Shown in pieces: positions 26,001 to 38,784 of a stretch of DNA of 64,000 bases. A program made the position numbers and the translations under genes. This DNA comes from Camelus dromedarius (lineage: Eukaryota), in contig NC_087436.1 in NCBI RefSeq assembly GCF_036321535.1, positions 50,160,001 through 50,224,000 of the forward strand, given 5' to 3'. A model generated the notes under the pieces. That model was not told the origin of the DNA. It ran no database searches and worked only from the letters and a program-made list of their open reading frames with translations. How positions within the stretch are numbered: position 1 is the stretch's first letter; each line of letters opens with the position of its first letter.

Positions 26001-26799
26001 TAATTTTGACTTGCCTTTTTTAATCTGACGATTACTTATTTTCATATATACGTCCCTTACACATGGTGTAGTCATTAGTCACATGACCATCACCATGGCA
26101 GCTTTGCTGCCTTGTAGAGTAGCATAAAATGCTGACGTTAGTATAATTAAGTAAGTATGCCCTTGTATATATGTAAACACACCAAATACAATTTATGTGC
26201 ATTTTGTAGTGCATCTTAACCCATTTAAAATCACTTTGCTGGACTAGGACTAAAGCTTATGGAGTTAATGCTCTGGTCAGTGCCAGAAGGGCTGGCGACT
26301 GCACAGATTCCTCCAGGACAGAAAGAACTCCAACCCCCTGCCTGCCAGGCCTGTGCCGTTAGCCCTCCAGCTAAGTGAAATCCCAACTGAAGAAAGCTTC
26401 AGAATCATGGTAGGGAGTCAAAGTAACTTTCATGCCCAGGAGCATTAATGGTTAATACTATTCAGCTTGCAAACATGACAATAATATCTTATTCATGCAG
26501 TGTATTTTATGCACTTATAAAATGCATCAATTTTCTAATTCTAACGTTCATGAAGTATATAGGGCAATTATTATTCTTCTCACTTTATCGTGTTTTCAGT
26601 AATTTACACATTTCTCACTTGTTCTCAGCCTCCTTCATCAAATTCTCTATCTTGTAAATATTCCTGTCTACAAGAAGTCTGCCGGTGAACATTTATGACT
26701 ACTGGAGTTCTAGTAAATTATAAGACATGACCCCATGGAAGAAGGCGCTAAAGTCCAACAAGGCAGATGGGCCACTGAGCGTGTGATAGAAATACGTGC

Positions 26800-27330
26800 A
26801 GGGTGTGGTTCAAAGCAGTGGTACTTTGTCCGTGAATAACGGAGTCATGAAGAATTTACTCTTTGGAGAAGACAACATCTCAGCCAAATCCTTGAGAGTG
26901 AGACAGAGTTTGTCAGTCAGAGTGTGGGAGGTTTTTGAGACAACAAACAGCAGATGCCAAAGCATAAAAATATGAAATAGGAGTAAGAGGAGGTCGAGCA
27001 CTTTGATAACAAGTGTGAAGTGTAAGACAGAAGGAGACTTACAATGAGGCTCGCATTTTAGGTTGTTTGGAAGATTTCTAAGCCGTGAGTGCTATTGTTA
27101 CCTGTATTTAAGCAGATCACATGGCAGTAGTTATGGACAACAAATTGGAGCATAAACCTTAGTGCAGATGAACTACTGTCATCAGATCATTATAAAAGTT
27201 AAGCCTAGATGTTTTAAGAATCTGAACAAAGGCTATAGTGGTAGAACTAGACATTAAGGGGTCAACTTGAGAAGTATTCAGAAGGTAAATAAAAAAAACA
27301 CTAAATTGGATATTAGGTAGAGATAACAGG
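26800..27330 (-). mobile_element. L2 fragments
   Basis: atttaagcagatcacatggcagtagttatgga...agaagtattcagaaggtaaat resemble antisense L2. Confidence 0.45.
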
Positions 27331-27479
27331 GGAGCTATAAACACATGGAAAATAAAAGTCAGAAAGTCTATGTTCCTCCCACTTCCCGCTCAGCCAGCTG
27401 CAGAACATGCCAATTTCTTGCAAGTTGTTATCTGCTCTGCACTCCTAGGCTGCAAATGAAGCTGCAAACTGGATCTTTA

Positions 27480-28470
27480 AATATGCCATGGGCACCTCAA
27501 CTTCAAAATATTCAGTACTCCCTTCAAATGCTCTTCCTCCAATTTCCCTGTCCTGGCAGATGGACCTCCATCTTCTCAGTCTACACGTTAAAATCCTGGG
27601 TCTCTTAATTGTTTTTATGAGGAGAATGAGAGAGTGAAAATCATCAAGAAGCCCAGGGTTTTAACTTTAATTGAGTATCAAGACCCACAGACTTTATCTC
27701 TTAAGTATGTCTTGACTTTATCATTTCATATTGACTTCCACTCTTAGAGCCTTTGTTCAAACTACTTAGATAATCATAACTGTCTCATCTGTCTTCTCAC
27801 CCATATTTCATTCCTTCTAGTAAATCTTCCACACTATTGCTGGAAAGATACTTCTAAAATTTAACCATGACCTGGTACACCTGTGCAAAACTCCTTGAAT
27901 CTCTACCTAACACTCACATCCCTAAAACACTGTGTTCCCATCCCCCAAATCTAACGGGTCCAAACTCTCTGAAATGGTATGTAAGGTCATTGGTAATCTA
28001 ACCACTGCCTGTATGTGCAATCTCACACTCCTACAAAACTGGTGAATCAAACAATAGCAATCCCAAATATATTTGGGTCTTAACAACTTTCATGCCATAG
28101 CCAAGCTCCAAAGTGAATATACTGCTCATTTTGACCCTTAAGTCCTCCCCAACCCTTTGATTTTCTGATAAACTCCCAATGTCTTCTGTATCCAATTTGT
28201 TGAAGCACTCCTTTTCTGTGATACACTCTCATAGTCTCTCACCCCTCCCACAGCACAGAATACATTGAACCATGTGCTCTAGAGCATCCTTTAGGCCCCT
28301 TTATTGCAGCGTCACCAGAGGGGATTGTGGTGATTGTTTATACATAGATCTCTGCTGGATGATGAAATCCCTACAGTGAGAACTACGTCTTCTTCATCTT
28401 TGTAGCAACATCACCTAGAAGAGGACCTGTCTCATCCACAACACTTAAAAACTATTGCTTGAATGAGTGA
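27480..28470 (+). mobile_element. L2 LINE 3' region
   Basis: gggcacctcaacttcaaaatattc, cttccacactattgctggaaagatacttctaaaa, and terminus tcttcatctttgtag...tgcttgaatgagtga. Confidence 0.65.
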
Positions 28471-29901
28471 TTACACAACTAACAATTATCCATAAAATTG
28501 ATCTTGATATGATTTGCAAAGCAATGGTAAATATAGCATTTTAAAGGGTCATCTGATTATTTTGGTCTCTAATGACTCTGATATTGAATAAATCACCAAA
28601 GTTTTTACTTCTTGGATGATCATTTTATAAAATCACCCTCTCTGACAAACCACTTATATTTCCAGAAATCTGAGAGCTGAGACTTTATAAATGAATTAAG
28701 CCTCCATACACAGTTTCAATATCTACAACCTCATCAAGGAAACACTTACAACAACTTATAAATGTATATATGCTTTAAATCTCACCCATGTATTTTAATC
28801 AACTTCCTTTACAGGAACATCACAATGAATTTGAACCATAAAAATCTAGGTAGTTTGGTTGCCATTTTCACTGGCTGGGGGAGTATTTATGCAAATCTAG
28901 TCTCAAGAAAAGCTCTGTACATTTCTTAGCTCTGTAAGCTCAACATAAAAGCCAACCTTGAGTTATGTATAAAAGCAGCATGCACACATACAGAAACATA
29001 CATTAATACACACATCATCAGAAAAGTAAAAAAAGTTTAAGTGTAAAGCCCATCAAGAGGAGAAAAAACCCTTTCTCATTACTCAGTAATGAAATTTCTC
29101 TGAGTCAGACAAAAGGACGCTATTCTTGGTTGTTTTTACAGAACGTGAAGCCAATTTTCCAAACTACATTTACTCTATATTAACATTTTCTGCATATTTT
29201 ACAGACATATTTTTGAATGTTTGCATGTTTTCTTATTCTTAACTGCTAGGATTTTTAGGGTTGTTACTTTCAACAAATGCCTCTTCTATTTCACCCTTAT
29301 CGATTTTATATCTTTTTCCCTAACATGGCAAACAAGTCAAAGAACTAGTATTTAAGCTGGTGCTGATAAGCTCTTTGAATAGTGACCCACACATCTGCCT
29401 ATCATCTGAAATAAAAAGAATTGCCATGACTTAAGGGCAGGCATAGAATTTATATTAATAGTCCTCTTAGAAGCATGATTATTGATACTTTAGGCAATGC
29501 AGATGTATTAGATTGTTTATATTAAAGTTTTGATATATAATTCCACCTGGCCTTCTATTTCATCTGCTACAGTGGTAACAAATATACCCACCAATATTAA
29601 CTTTTGGCTGAATAATTTAAGCTGTAATTTACTCTGTTTTGTTTCTGCAGCATCGCCCTAAGTCACCATTCTCTCCCTGTGCCATCACAGCAGCCTCATT
29701 TCTCTCCCCCAATACTTGCTGACAGGCATTTGCAGAATTTATGGCTCATTTACTTCCTATTACCATTTGCTTTGCATCTTTTTCCTTAATCTTCACTCAT
29801 TTTTGTGTCTCTTTCCCCATCTGAGGTGTAATTCTAAGATTTTGAGTTTTTAAATTTTCCCAATGAGCTAATCCAAAATTAAACTGAGTCTGTCCTTGTG
29901 T

Positions 29902-30793
29902 ATTTTTTTTAATTAATTGAATTGCCACCATGGTCTTTACCTTTTATTTTTTACTGAAGTACAGTCAGTTACAAGGTGCCAATTTCTGGTGTACAGCACA
30001 GTGTCCCAGTTATACACACACACACACATATATATATATATATTCGTTTTTATATTCTTTTTCATTAAAGGTTATTACAAGATATTGAATATAGTTCCCT
30101 GTGCTATAAAGAAGAAATTTGTGTTTTTAATCTATTTTTATATATAGTGGCTAACATTTGCAAATCTCAAACTCCCAGATTTATCCCTTCCCACACCCTT
30201 TCCCCCATAACCATAAGATTGTTTACTATGTCTGCAAGTTTGTTTCTGTTTTACAGATAAGTTCATTAGTGTCCTCATTTTTTTTTTTAGATTCCACGTA
30301 TGAGTGATATCATATGGTATTATTCTTTCCCTTTCTGGATTACTTCACTTAGAATGATAATCTCTAGGTCCATCCATGTTGCTGAAATGGCATTGTTTTA
30401 TTCTTTTTTGTGACTGAGTAGTATTCCATTGTATAAATATACCACAACGTCTTTATCTAGTCATTTGTTGATGAACATTTAGGTTGTTTCTGTGTCTTGG
30501 CTATTGTATATAGTGCTGCTATGAACATTGGGATCCATGTATCTTTTTGAACTAAGGTTCCCTCCAGATACATACCCAGGAGTGGAATTGCTGGGTCATA
30601 TGATAAGTCTATTCTTAGTTTTTTGAGGAATCTCCATACTGTTTCCCATAAACATAAGGACACAAAACTACAATGAAATATCACCTCACACCAGTCAGAA
30701 AGGCCAACATTAAAAAGTCCACAAACAACAAATGCTGGGAAGGATGTGGAGAAAAGGGAACTCTCCTACACTGTTGGTTGGAATGTAGTTTGG
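29902..30793 (-). mobile_element. Camelid-type L1 with 5' inversion and 3' extension
   Basis: Minus-strand L1 3' part 29942-30649, plus-strand L1 segment about 30663-30795, TSD tgtccttgtgt at 29891-29901 and 30794-30804; ORF 30457-30684 is the ORF2 C-terminus. Confidence 0.9.
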
Positions 30794-31225
30794 TGTCCTT
30801 GTGTTTTTGAAATCCTCACTCAACAAAGCCACACTGATTGGGTTTTTTTAACCCTAATTATTTTTTATCTATTTTCCTCATCAATTTTCTTTCATATTTT
30901 CCATTTATGATATAAAAAACTTAGAAAAACATTATTCTGTTTCTTTTTTCTCTGGATTCTCTGAACCATTCTTGGTGAATAATGAGACAGTTTCTCTGTG
31001 TCCCCCTCCCAGTGTCAGCCCCACCTTTTTCCTTTCAGTTTTCAGTTTCTTGTAGCTTTTTTGAACACATTATTTTTAGTAGATTTTCATTTCTCTGGAA
31101 TAATTTCACCAGAAATTTCAGATTATCTCAAATAGAATGAATAGACATCATACAGATATCAGCTAAACTAAGTACCACAGGTTTTCTGAATTGGGAACCA
31201 CATGAAGAGATACCTGAAAAGCTCA

Positions 31226-31692
31226 GGTCGACAGTAATAAAAATGCACAACTTGAGGGCCATGAATTTCAGTTTTGTTTGGGGACTTACTGAGGCCTCAG
31301 CCCAGGAGAAGCCTCTGAGAGAGCTCCAAGGAGCTGCTCTAAGGGGGGGGGGGGGGGTATCAGTATATATATGATTTTGGTGAAAATCCATGCAACCAAG
31401 CACACGGCTCTGTGGAAGGTTACCAATGGTCACAAGGAACAGACATCCCTGGTAATGACTGTAGAACTTTTTCAGTAGGAGAAGATACAAGAATCCAAAT
31501 TCATAAAAAACTTCCCCTGAAATATTTGTAACTATCTACAGGCCTGTTTTGCCTTTTTTTCCAGAGCACAAAGTGCCTAATCCTGATCTTCGTCCTGAAT
31601 TCCTTTCAGGGTGTATCATAGGTCGGTGACTGCAGTGGCTAATGACAGGATTCTTGTAGAACTGAATGGTGGGTAACCTTCTTTCTTTTACA
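31226..31692 (-). mobile_element. Solo ERV LTR (probably ERV1 class)
   Basis: Minus strand starts tgtaaaagaaagaaggttacccaccattcag..., contains caccctgaaaggaattcagg, ends ...ttgtgcatttttattactgtcgacc; TSD not recognisable. Confidence 0.65.
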
Positions 31693-33202
31693 ATATCACT
31701 ATTTCCATGTACATAAAATTGTATATATAACAATAGCATTATTGGAATTCAGAATGAAAACTTTAAAATATCTAATTTTATATGTATTTTAAAATCAACT
31801 TTATAAGTAGTCCTTTTTAAAATAAATTTTCAAGTCTGAAAATATTATAGTCTTGACTTTAAAAGGTTTGCTAATAAAGGGCATATTTTCTGTGAAAGCT
31901 GTACTATCTTTCTGACCATCTTTATATAAAGTGCTAAATTTCATATAATAAAATGATGTATTAGGTTTGATCAATATGGGAAACTAAGATGGTCTTACTC
32001 TTGGAAGAATTGATGTTTTTTCAAATTTATAGATATCAATGTCTCAGACTGAATACTTCAATTAATTAATGTTCTGACAGTTTTATGAACTCAGATTTTC
32101 CTTGATCGCAGTTGATAAATTTCTAAACTGAATGATTCACTAGATGCTACTTTCCCGGGTTTTATGAACTGTTTTGGAACATTAAGATTCACACTGAAAA
32201 ATTTTTACTGACATTTATACATCATTTGTCAATAGCACCTCCCCCACTACCAGCTCTGTCTTCCTGTAAAAAGACAAAATTGCTCTTTACAACAAAGTTG
32301 CCTTTATAAAATATAGCATATTCCCCAGTAAATTAAACAGGAAGGAAGAGGAGCAGCAGGAGGAGAAACTACGTGCCTTCTAAGCTCATTGATTACTTCT
32401 TTGGGGTCTTATTTTATTTAGTATTCAGATTCATCACTTTACTGTATCTAATTATTTAAACCTGTGAAACTCTGACTTTCCCTTAACTAAACAGAATGAT
32501 TTTATTATATTAGCTAATATAATAAATACCTAATTTTGCTCTAACTTGTAGAATGGTAATAAATATAAGATGTAGACACTAAGCTTTCGGTAATTAAACA
32601 GCTATTTGGAGGGGAGGGATGGGGGGTTTGATGCCCAGCAAGTACTAGCTGTTCCCACAAAAGAGACTGCTCACTGCCCACAAACTAGCTTCACAGAATG
32701 TATTACATACATAAAGTTTCCATGGCCTATGTTTGGCCCTCAGTCTTGGAGGACAGATACATCGGCTTGATCACCTCAGGAATGCTGAAGGAACCTAGTT
32801 AAACCTAAAAGAGACATCTATATTTATCAGAATCCGAATCAATCAATGTACAGGAAGAAATATAACTGTCAAGTGAGTTTGATATTCATCTCAGGAGAGC
32901 CATTTTCAGTTTCTTATTTAAGAAAAACTATGAAAATTCAAGTCATTAGATGATCTTACAAACCAGAAACTGGCCTAAGATTTGGCCTGATAAGTAATGT
33001 GATGTTAATGCTTAATTACCTTAAGGTCTGATAGTCTGATTCTTCTGCATGTGTGGGAGAAATACACCATTAAATACCAATGATGAGACTGGATATTTAC
33101 AGCATTGCAATGTATTCTTACTTCCGGAAAATACTAGGAAAGAATTTGAGAAAATACCACCACCATCATCACCACCAACTCTCTCTTCCCTACTCTGGTG
33201 TT

Positions 33203-33254
33203 TGTGTGTGAGTGAGTGAGTGTGTGTGTGTACGCGCGCGTGTGTGTGCGTGTG
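33203..33254. repeat. (TG)n compound microsatellite with (CG)4 core
   Basis: tgtgtgtgagtgagtgagtgtgtgtgtgtacgcgcgcgtgtgtgtgcgtgtg. Confidence 0.9.
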
Positions 33255-33336
33255 TTTTCTGGGGCTGGGGACAGAGTGGGAGGTAACATCCGGTATCCTG
33301 AACGCTCACTATTATTTGCTGTGTTAAAGAGCAGCA

Positions 33337-33356
33337 TTGCCACTAGAGGGCAGTGT
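33337..33356 (+). promoter_or_regulatory. CTCF binding motif
   Basis: ttgccactagagggcagtgt fully fits the core CCASYAGRKGGCRS. Confidence 0.65.
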
Positions 33357-33794
33357 TTGACCGGAAATCAAACAAAAGGACCCACACCATTCCTTGCAGA
33401 CAGAAGTTATTAACCAACATAAAGTTTAAGTATGTTTTTAAGGTTTTTTTTTTAAGTGGATCTTCTTTTGCTTGTTTGTTTGAGATGTACTTTTTAAATC
33501 CCATGAAGAATGCAATGAAATAAGATTTCAATAAATGGCTTGTGAATTGAAAAGTAATACTTGGTTTTAAATATTGATATTAGGAAGTTGAGACTTAGAG
33601 AAAACAAAGATTCAGTGTTAATATGAATGTAACTCATTCTGCTCAAGCTGAGAAGAAAGTTCACTCATGGTCATTTACCTTGTTGGCATTTCATTAAAGA
33701 AGACTGTGGATATTTTTTGGCATCAGCAATGATAATAACACAATTTCACAATTTTCAAGTTTTATTAATTTTATCACCAAAAAACTTGAAATTT

Positions 33795-33925
33795 TCCCCC
33801 CAGCTGTATTAAGGTATAATTGGCATACAAAAATTGCACATAATTAATTTATATATTCTGTGAGTTTGGATATATATTTACGAGCACCATAGAGGTAATA
33901 AAGATATCCATCACTTCCAAAAAGC
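33795..33925 (-). mobile_element. L1MA-type 3' terminal fragment
   Basis: cagctgtattaaggtataattggcatacaaaaattgcacata...atatccatcacttccaaaa. Confidence 0.7.
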
Positions 33926-34059
33926 TTAGGATTTAGACTCAAACATAGTGTCCTAACATTTACACAGAGTTTGGTATGTTTTTCTGAAAGTATGTGTTCT
34001 CTTTGATCTCTGCAAATTTCCTCAATTCATCACAGGACAGGAAATAGAAGGCATCTTAT

Positions 34060-35089
34060 TAATGTTAATACTAATCTAAAGAAATATACAGTAGAAATAC
34101 AAAGAGAAAAGAATGTTACTTGGTAAAGAGTGGGTCACTTTATAATGACAAAAGTATTCATTCATCAAGAAGAGATAGCAATGCTAAACATGTATGTATA
34201 AGTAACAGAGCTTCACAACGCATGAAGCAAAGACAAATATAACCACAAGGACAAATAGAAAAATCCAAAATCAATATATGGAAATTTCAACACCTCTTTC
34301 TCAATAATTAATATACTAATTAGATAGAAAATTAGTAAGATATAGAGTATTTGAGCAAAACTATTAACCAAATTTACAAAAGAAGAATGTTTGAAACACT
34401 CCAGTCAATAATAGCAGATTACATTTTTTTCAAGTGCACATGGAACTTGGAACAAGATAGAAAATTTTTGGCCCACAAAGCAAGCCTCATCAAAATGAAA
34501 AAGACACGTCACACAAAGGATGTTCTTTGATCACAATGGAATTAAATTCGAAATCAGTAATAAAAAGATATCTAAAAAACCCTCAATCATTTTGAAACTT
34601 AAAAAAAATACCAGTATTAGAAACAACCATGTAAAATCAACTAACTCATTATCCACCTTAAGAAATTAGGGGAGAAAAGAAACAAATGAAGCCAAGCAAG
34701 TATAATAAAGGAAATAAGAAGGCTTAGAGGCGGAATGAATGAAATAGAAAACATAGAGAAAATTAATAAAAACAAAGATCTGGTTCTTTGAGGAAAAAAA
34801 CCTCTGGCAACACTGATCTGGAAAAAAAGATGGAAGAAACAAATTACTCATATCAGGCATCTTAGAGATTCTAGAGATATTAAAATGATAACAAAGTAAT
34901 ATTACAAAAAGTATCACACCAATAAATTTGACAGCTTAAATGAAAATGAAAAAATTCTCAAAAGATACAAATGACCAAAGGCCACCAAAGAAGGAGAACA
35001 CTTGAATACTTCTATATCTAATTTTATAACATTGAACTTTTAGGTTAAAAATATGTTTCCCCAAAACCTCCAGAATCGGATGACTTCAC
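34060..35089 (+). mobile_element. Ancient L1 ORF2 remnant (endonuclease to Z region)
   Basis: tttataatgacaaaag..ttcatcaagaaga, gaaatttcaacacctctttctcaataatt, ttttcaagtgcacatggaac, tgatcacaatggaattaaatt. Confidence 0.8.
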
Positions 35090-35487
35090 TGTATTAGTTT
35101 GCTAGGGCTGCAGTAACAAAATACAACAAAATGGGTGGTTTAAACAACTGAGATGGATAATCTCACAGTTCTGGCAGCTGAGAGTATGAAATCACAGTGG
35201 TGGCATCGTTAGTGCCTTCTGATGGTTCCGAGGGAAAGAGCTGTTCCAGGCCCTCTCCCTGGCTTGTACATGGTCATCTTCTTTCTGTGACATCACGTCA
35301 CCTTCCCTCGTGAGTATCTCTGTGTTCAAATCACCCCTTCTTACAAGCACACCCGTCATTATTAGATTAGGGCTCACTCTGATGACCTCATTTTAATTTG
35401 ATGACCTCTGTAAAGATCCTCTCTCCAAATAAGGTCCCATTCTGAGGTGCTGGGGGTTAGAACTTCAACATATGAATTTGGCAGGTT
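35090..35487 (-). mobile_element. MaLR LTR (MLT1B/C-like)
   Basis: tgtattagtttgctagggctgcagtaacaaaatac...ctccaaataaggtcccattctgaggtgctgggggttagaacttcaacatatgaattt. Confidence 0.85.
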
Positions 35488-35775
35488 ACACAATTCATCT
35501 CAAAACACTCCATCCTCTCCTCCCAATTCCTGTTCTTCTCACGTGCAAAATATGCCCCTCCTATCCCAACATCTCCAGCTCATTCCACCACCAACTCTCA
35601 GGCCAAAAATCTCTTCTAAATATCATCTAAATCAGGTATGGGTGACACTTGAGGTATGATTCATCCTGAGGCAAAATTCTCTGCTGTGAACCTGTGAATC
35701 CACACAAGTCATGTACTTCCAAAATGCAATAACGAGACAGGCATAGGATAGACATTCTCATTCCAAAAGGAGAAA
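35488..35775 (-). mobile_element. MaLR internal sequence adjoining the LTR
   Basis: tcatctaaatcaggtatgggtgacacttgaggtatgattcatcctgaggcaaa...gacattctcattccaaaaggagaaa; homologous to 57570-57993. Confidence 0.75.
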
Positions 35776-37144
35776 CTTAATTAAAAATTTAAAAAAAATT
35801 AACTCACTGGTGGTTATCTCTTACCAGAACCCTCTCTCTTGCACAAGAGAAGTCACATTACGTAGAAAATAACAAGAAACAGCTCAGAGAAGGCAAAGAT
35901 GAGGTCAAGAATTGAAGGGAAGGCTGTGGAAGGGGCAGTTCCTGGCAAACAGAGAAAGGAATTATTGTAAATTAGAAAGAGGATGTGTTATCAAGTGACA
36001 GACCTTTCTAGACTAGACCACCCCTCCTTCAACGGGGGAGACGGGCCTTCAGAAAGGAACAGTGTCCTGATCCCTACTAGGGAAGCTCCGGACAAGGCAC
36101 TGGCATTGAGGTTCTGAGAAGATTACTGATCCTAACTAGGGAACAAAGAACCAAGAGCCTCCAAAGGGCCATTCTCGATTGGACAATGAGCACGAGCACG
36201 TCAGCAAGTGTTGGTGGTGCCAACGAGCAAAAGAAATTCCGAGTATCTTCTGGACTCTATGAAGGTCCCAGGTCCTCTGCACACATTTTGGATGCGGAGG
36301 GAAGTAAGGAGAGGGACACTGGATTTTCTACACATACCAAACCAATAGGAAGTAAGAATCTGATTTCAATTGATTTTAGAAAAATAAAGCAAGTTACTAT
36401 TTTGTTGTTACTGTTGAAGTTGTTGTTATCGTTCAGAAACACGGAGTAAAATTCGTATCTGCCAGTAGATGTCACAAAATCTTTTCTTACTGATGTACTG
36501 CCCAAGGGAAGATCTGGATTTACATAATTTTAAGAATCGCATCTTCTTTATGTTACCTGGAGTAAAGAGCCCGTATCACTTTGACAAAATGGCTAGAGAA
36601 TTTTTGGGGCCAGAATTTGCTTTCTTACCTTTGATTATCCCAAGTTGAGTATTTTTACATAATAGAAAGAATTAGGGTCTTTATTTAATGTGTGCTCTCC
36701 TTTGGATGTCTTTGTAGAAACTGGAATGATCATAAACTTATGAGCAATGGGGCTGTGCCTAAAATAATTAGACAAACAGAAGGATTATAAGGAAGTCTAT
36801 ATGAAGATAATGGGCATCCAAACTATTATGCTTTTCAGTGGTGAACAAGGCATATGTAGATACTAAAACATTTCTTAATATATTAGTAATTTAATTCAAT
36901 ATATTTTAATGTGAAACCTCAATAAAATGCTAACAGAATAAAGTTATCCTATTATGTTTTCACGCACAAATGAACACTTTCTGTGGCTTTTATGGTGAAG
37001 CTATTTTCCTTTGGAAGCTGGAATTACTCCCAAATTACTTCCAGCTGGTGGGTACTTTTTCCCACACGGAGGACAAGACATTTGCTTATTATTCTGAGGT
37101 CCTTGGCAACCAGGCTTACCTATTTTGGACTTAACCTTAAGAAC

Positions 37145-37601
37145 TGTAGTGGGTTGAAAACTGTTCCTCCACAATTCATGTCTACTCATAACCTCAGAAC
37201 ATGACCTTATTTGAAAATGGCATCTTTACAGATGTAATTATTTAAGTTATGGTCAGGTCCTACTAGATCTGTGTGGGTCCTAAATCCAATGACTGGTGTC
37301 CCTCTGAGAAGAGTCGAGAAATACACAAAGTCACACAGGAAGAAGGCCACGTGAAGAGAGAGGCAGGGATCAAAGTGGTGTATCTACCACTGAGGAACAG
37401 CAAGGATCACCAGAAACTACCAGAAGCCAGGAAGAAGTAAGGAAGGATTCATCCTTAGAGCCTTCAGAAGGAGTGTCGTCCTGATGGCATCTTGATTTCA
37501 AACTTCTAGCCCCCAGAAGTGTGATGGAACACATTACTGTTGTTTTATTGCACCCAGTTTATGAAAATTTAAGAGAGACAGCCCTAGGAAACTAAGAAAC
37601 A
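37145..37601 (+). mobile_element. MaLR solo LTR (MLT1C-like)
   Basis: tgtagtgggttgaa...cctcagaacatgaccttatttgaaaatgg...ccagaagccaggaaga...gccctaggaaactaa. Confidence 0.85.
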
Positions 37602-38784
37602 GTCAATCCTCAGCTCAGTAAACCTGGGTGAGAAAATGTCTGGATGTTTGGTTTGAATCAGGATGCTCACTTCTGTTCTCCATGGAACACGCTGACTTAT
37701 TGGTGCTTTGAGGAACAGCCAAGTGGTCTCCAGCTGCTTTTTCAGCTAAGTAGAAGAGAAGCTGTAAAACTAGTTGAATGTATTTTTAAATCATTCAGTG
37801 CCCTTCTTGTGAAAAAGAAAAATTAGTTTCCTCAACTCTGAACCACAGCTAGCAAGAATTGCTTTTGGTTGGGAAGACCATGGTCGTGGAAAAAGAGGCA
37901 ATCAGCTGGTAACGGGATGAAGGATAAACATCCAATCTAATGCCATCTTATCTTCTAGTAAGGCTTCCACCTAACTCATTTCTGAAATTGATAATTCTGG
38001 CATTTAAAAAATATTCTGGTATTATTTCTGTATTTATTTACATGATGCAATTTTTTTATTTTTGGTAGGGTGAGTAAAACTGAAACAGCCAATAAATGGT
38101 GATATTTGTTTTACCGGGAATGACAGGATTTTATGGACATTTACATTACATTCTAAGAAAAATTTAAAAATATAAGTAGGATGACCATGGGAATGGAGAT
38201 CAAAGGGAGGTTTGGGGAAAAGTGGAAATAAAATTGGAATTAAGAGGGCTTCTTCATTCTTATTTATGTATTTTTTGTTTGTTTATAATATCAATTTATC
38301 TTTACTGAAAATGAAGTCGCCAATTGAATATCCTTGGCCCTAACCCTTAAGAAAATTGACCCTGGCACATAAGGTTGGTTCTCTAGTGGAAGAACAGGGA
38401 GAATATCATGGTAATTCTGCTCAACCAAGTTAGGTCGCTCCAAAGTGGAATGGCAGACAGTTCACAGCTCATAGGTACCATCTCTGGGTGGAGAGGAAAG
38501 TGGAAAAAGAAACAGGGTTCCTTGGCTCCCTTATTACCACCTTTCCTACTTGCTGCCCACGGCTCGCTCCCTGGGCTGGGGGCTTAATATCTTACTGGTT
38601 GGCCACAGAAGGACACAACAGCAACACAGATTGAGAAAATATTTTCTTGTAGATCTGCTCTAATTGTGAGATTTTTGCAATCGTTTTTTAAGAATTCTGG
38701 CATGTCTCATTATATAATTTATCCCTGGCCTCCAAAAAATTAATTCATTAAAAATAAATCCTAAAAGTAAAGAAGAACATAATT

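Larger units (their letters stand above)
33120..33368. promoter_or_regulatory. ETS motif cluster around a CTCF site
   Basis: acttccgg 33120-33127, acatccggt 33286-33294, accggaaat 33360-33368; CpGs retained in an otherwise CpG-depleted window. Confidence 0.45.

Noticed and set aside
29924..29933. Perfect Kozak sequence gccaccatgg
   Set aside because: Lies antisense in the transduced tag and opens only a short frame into antisense L1; one 10-mer in 64 kb is compatible with chance.
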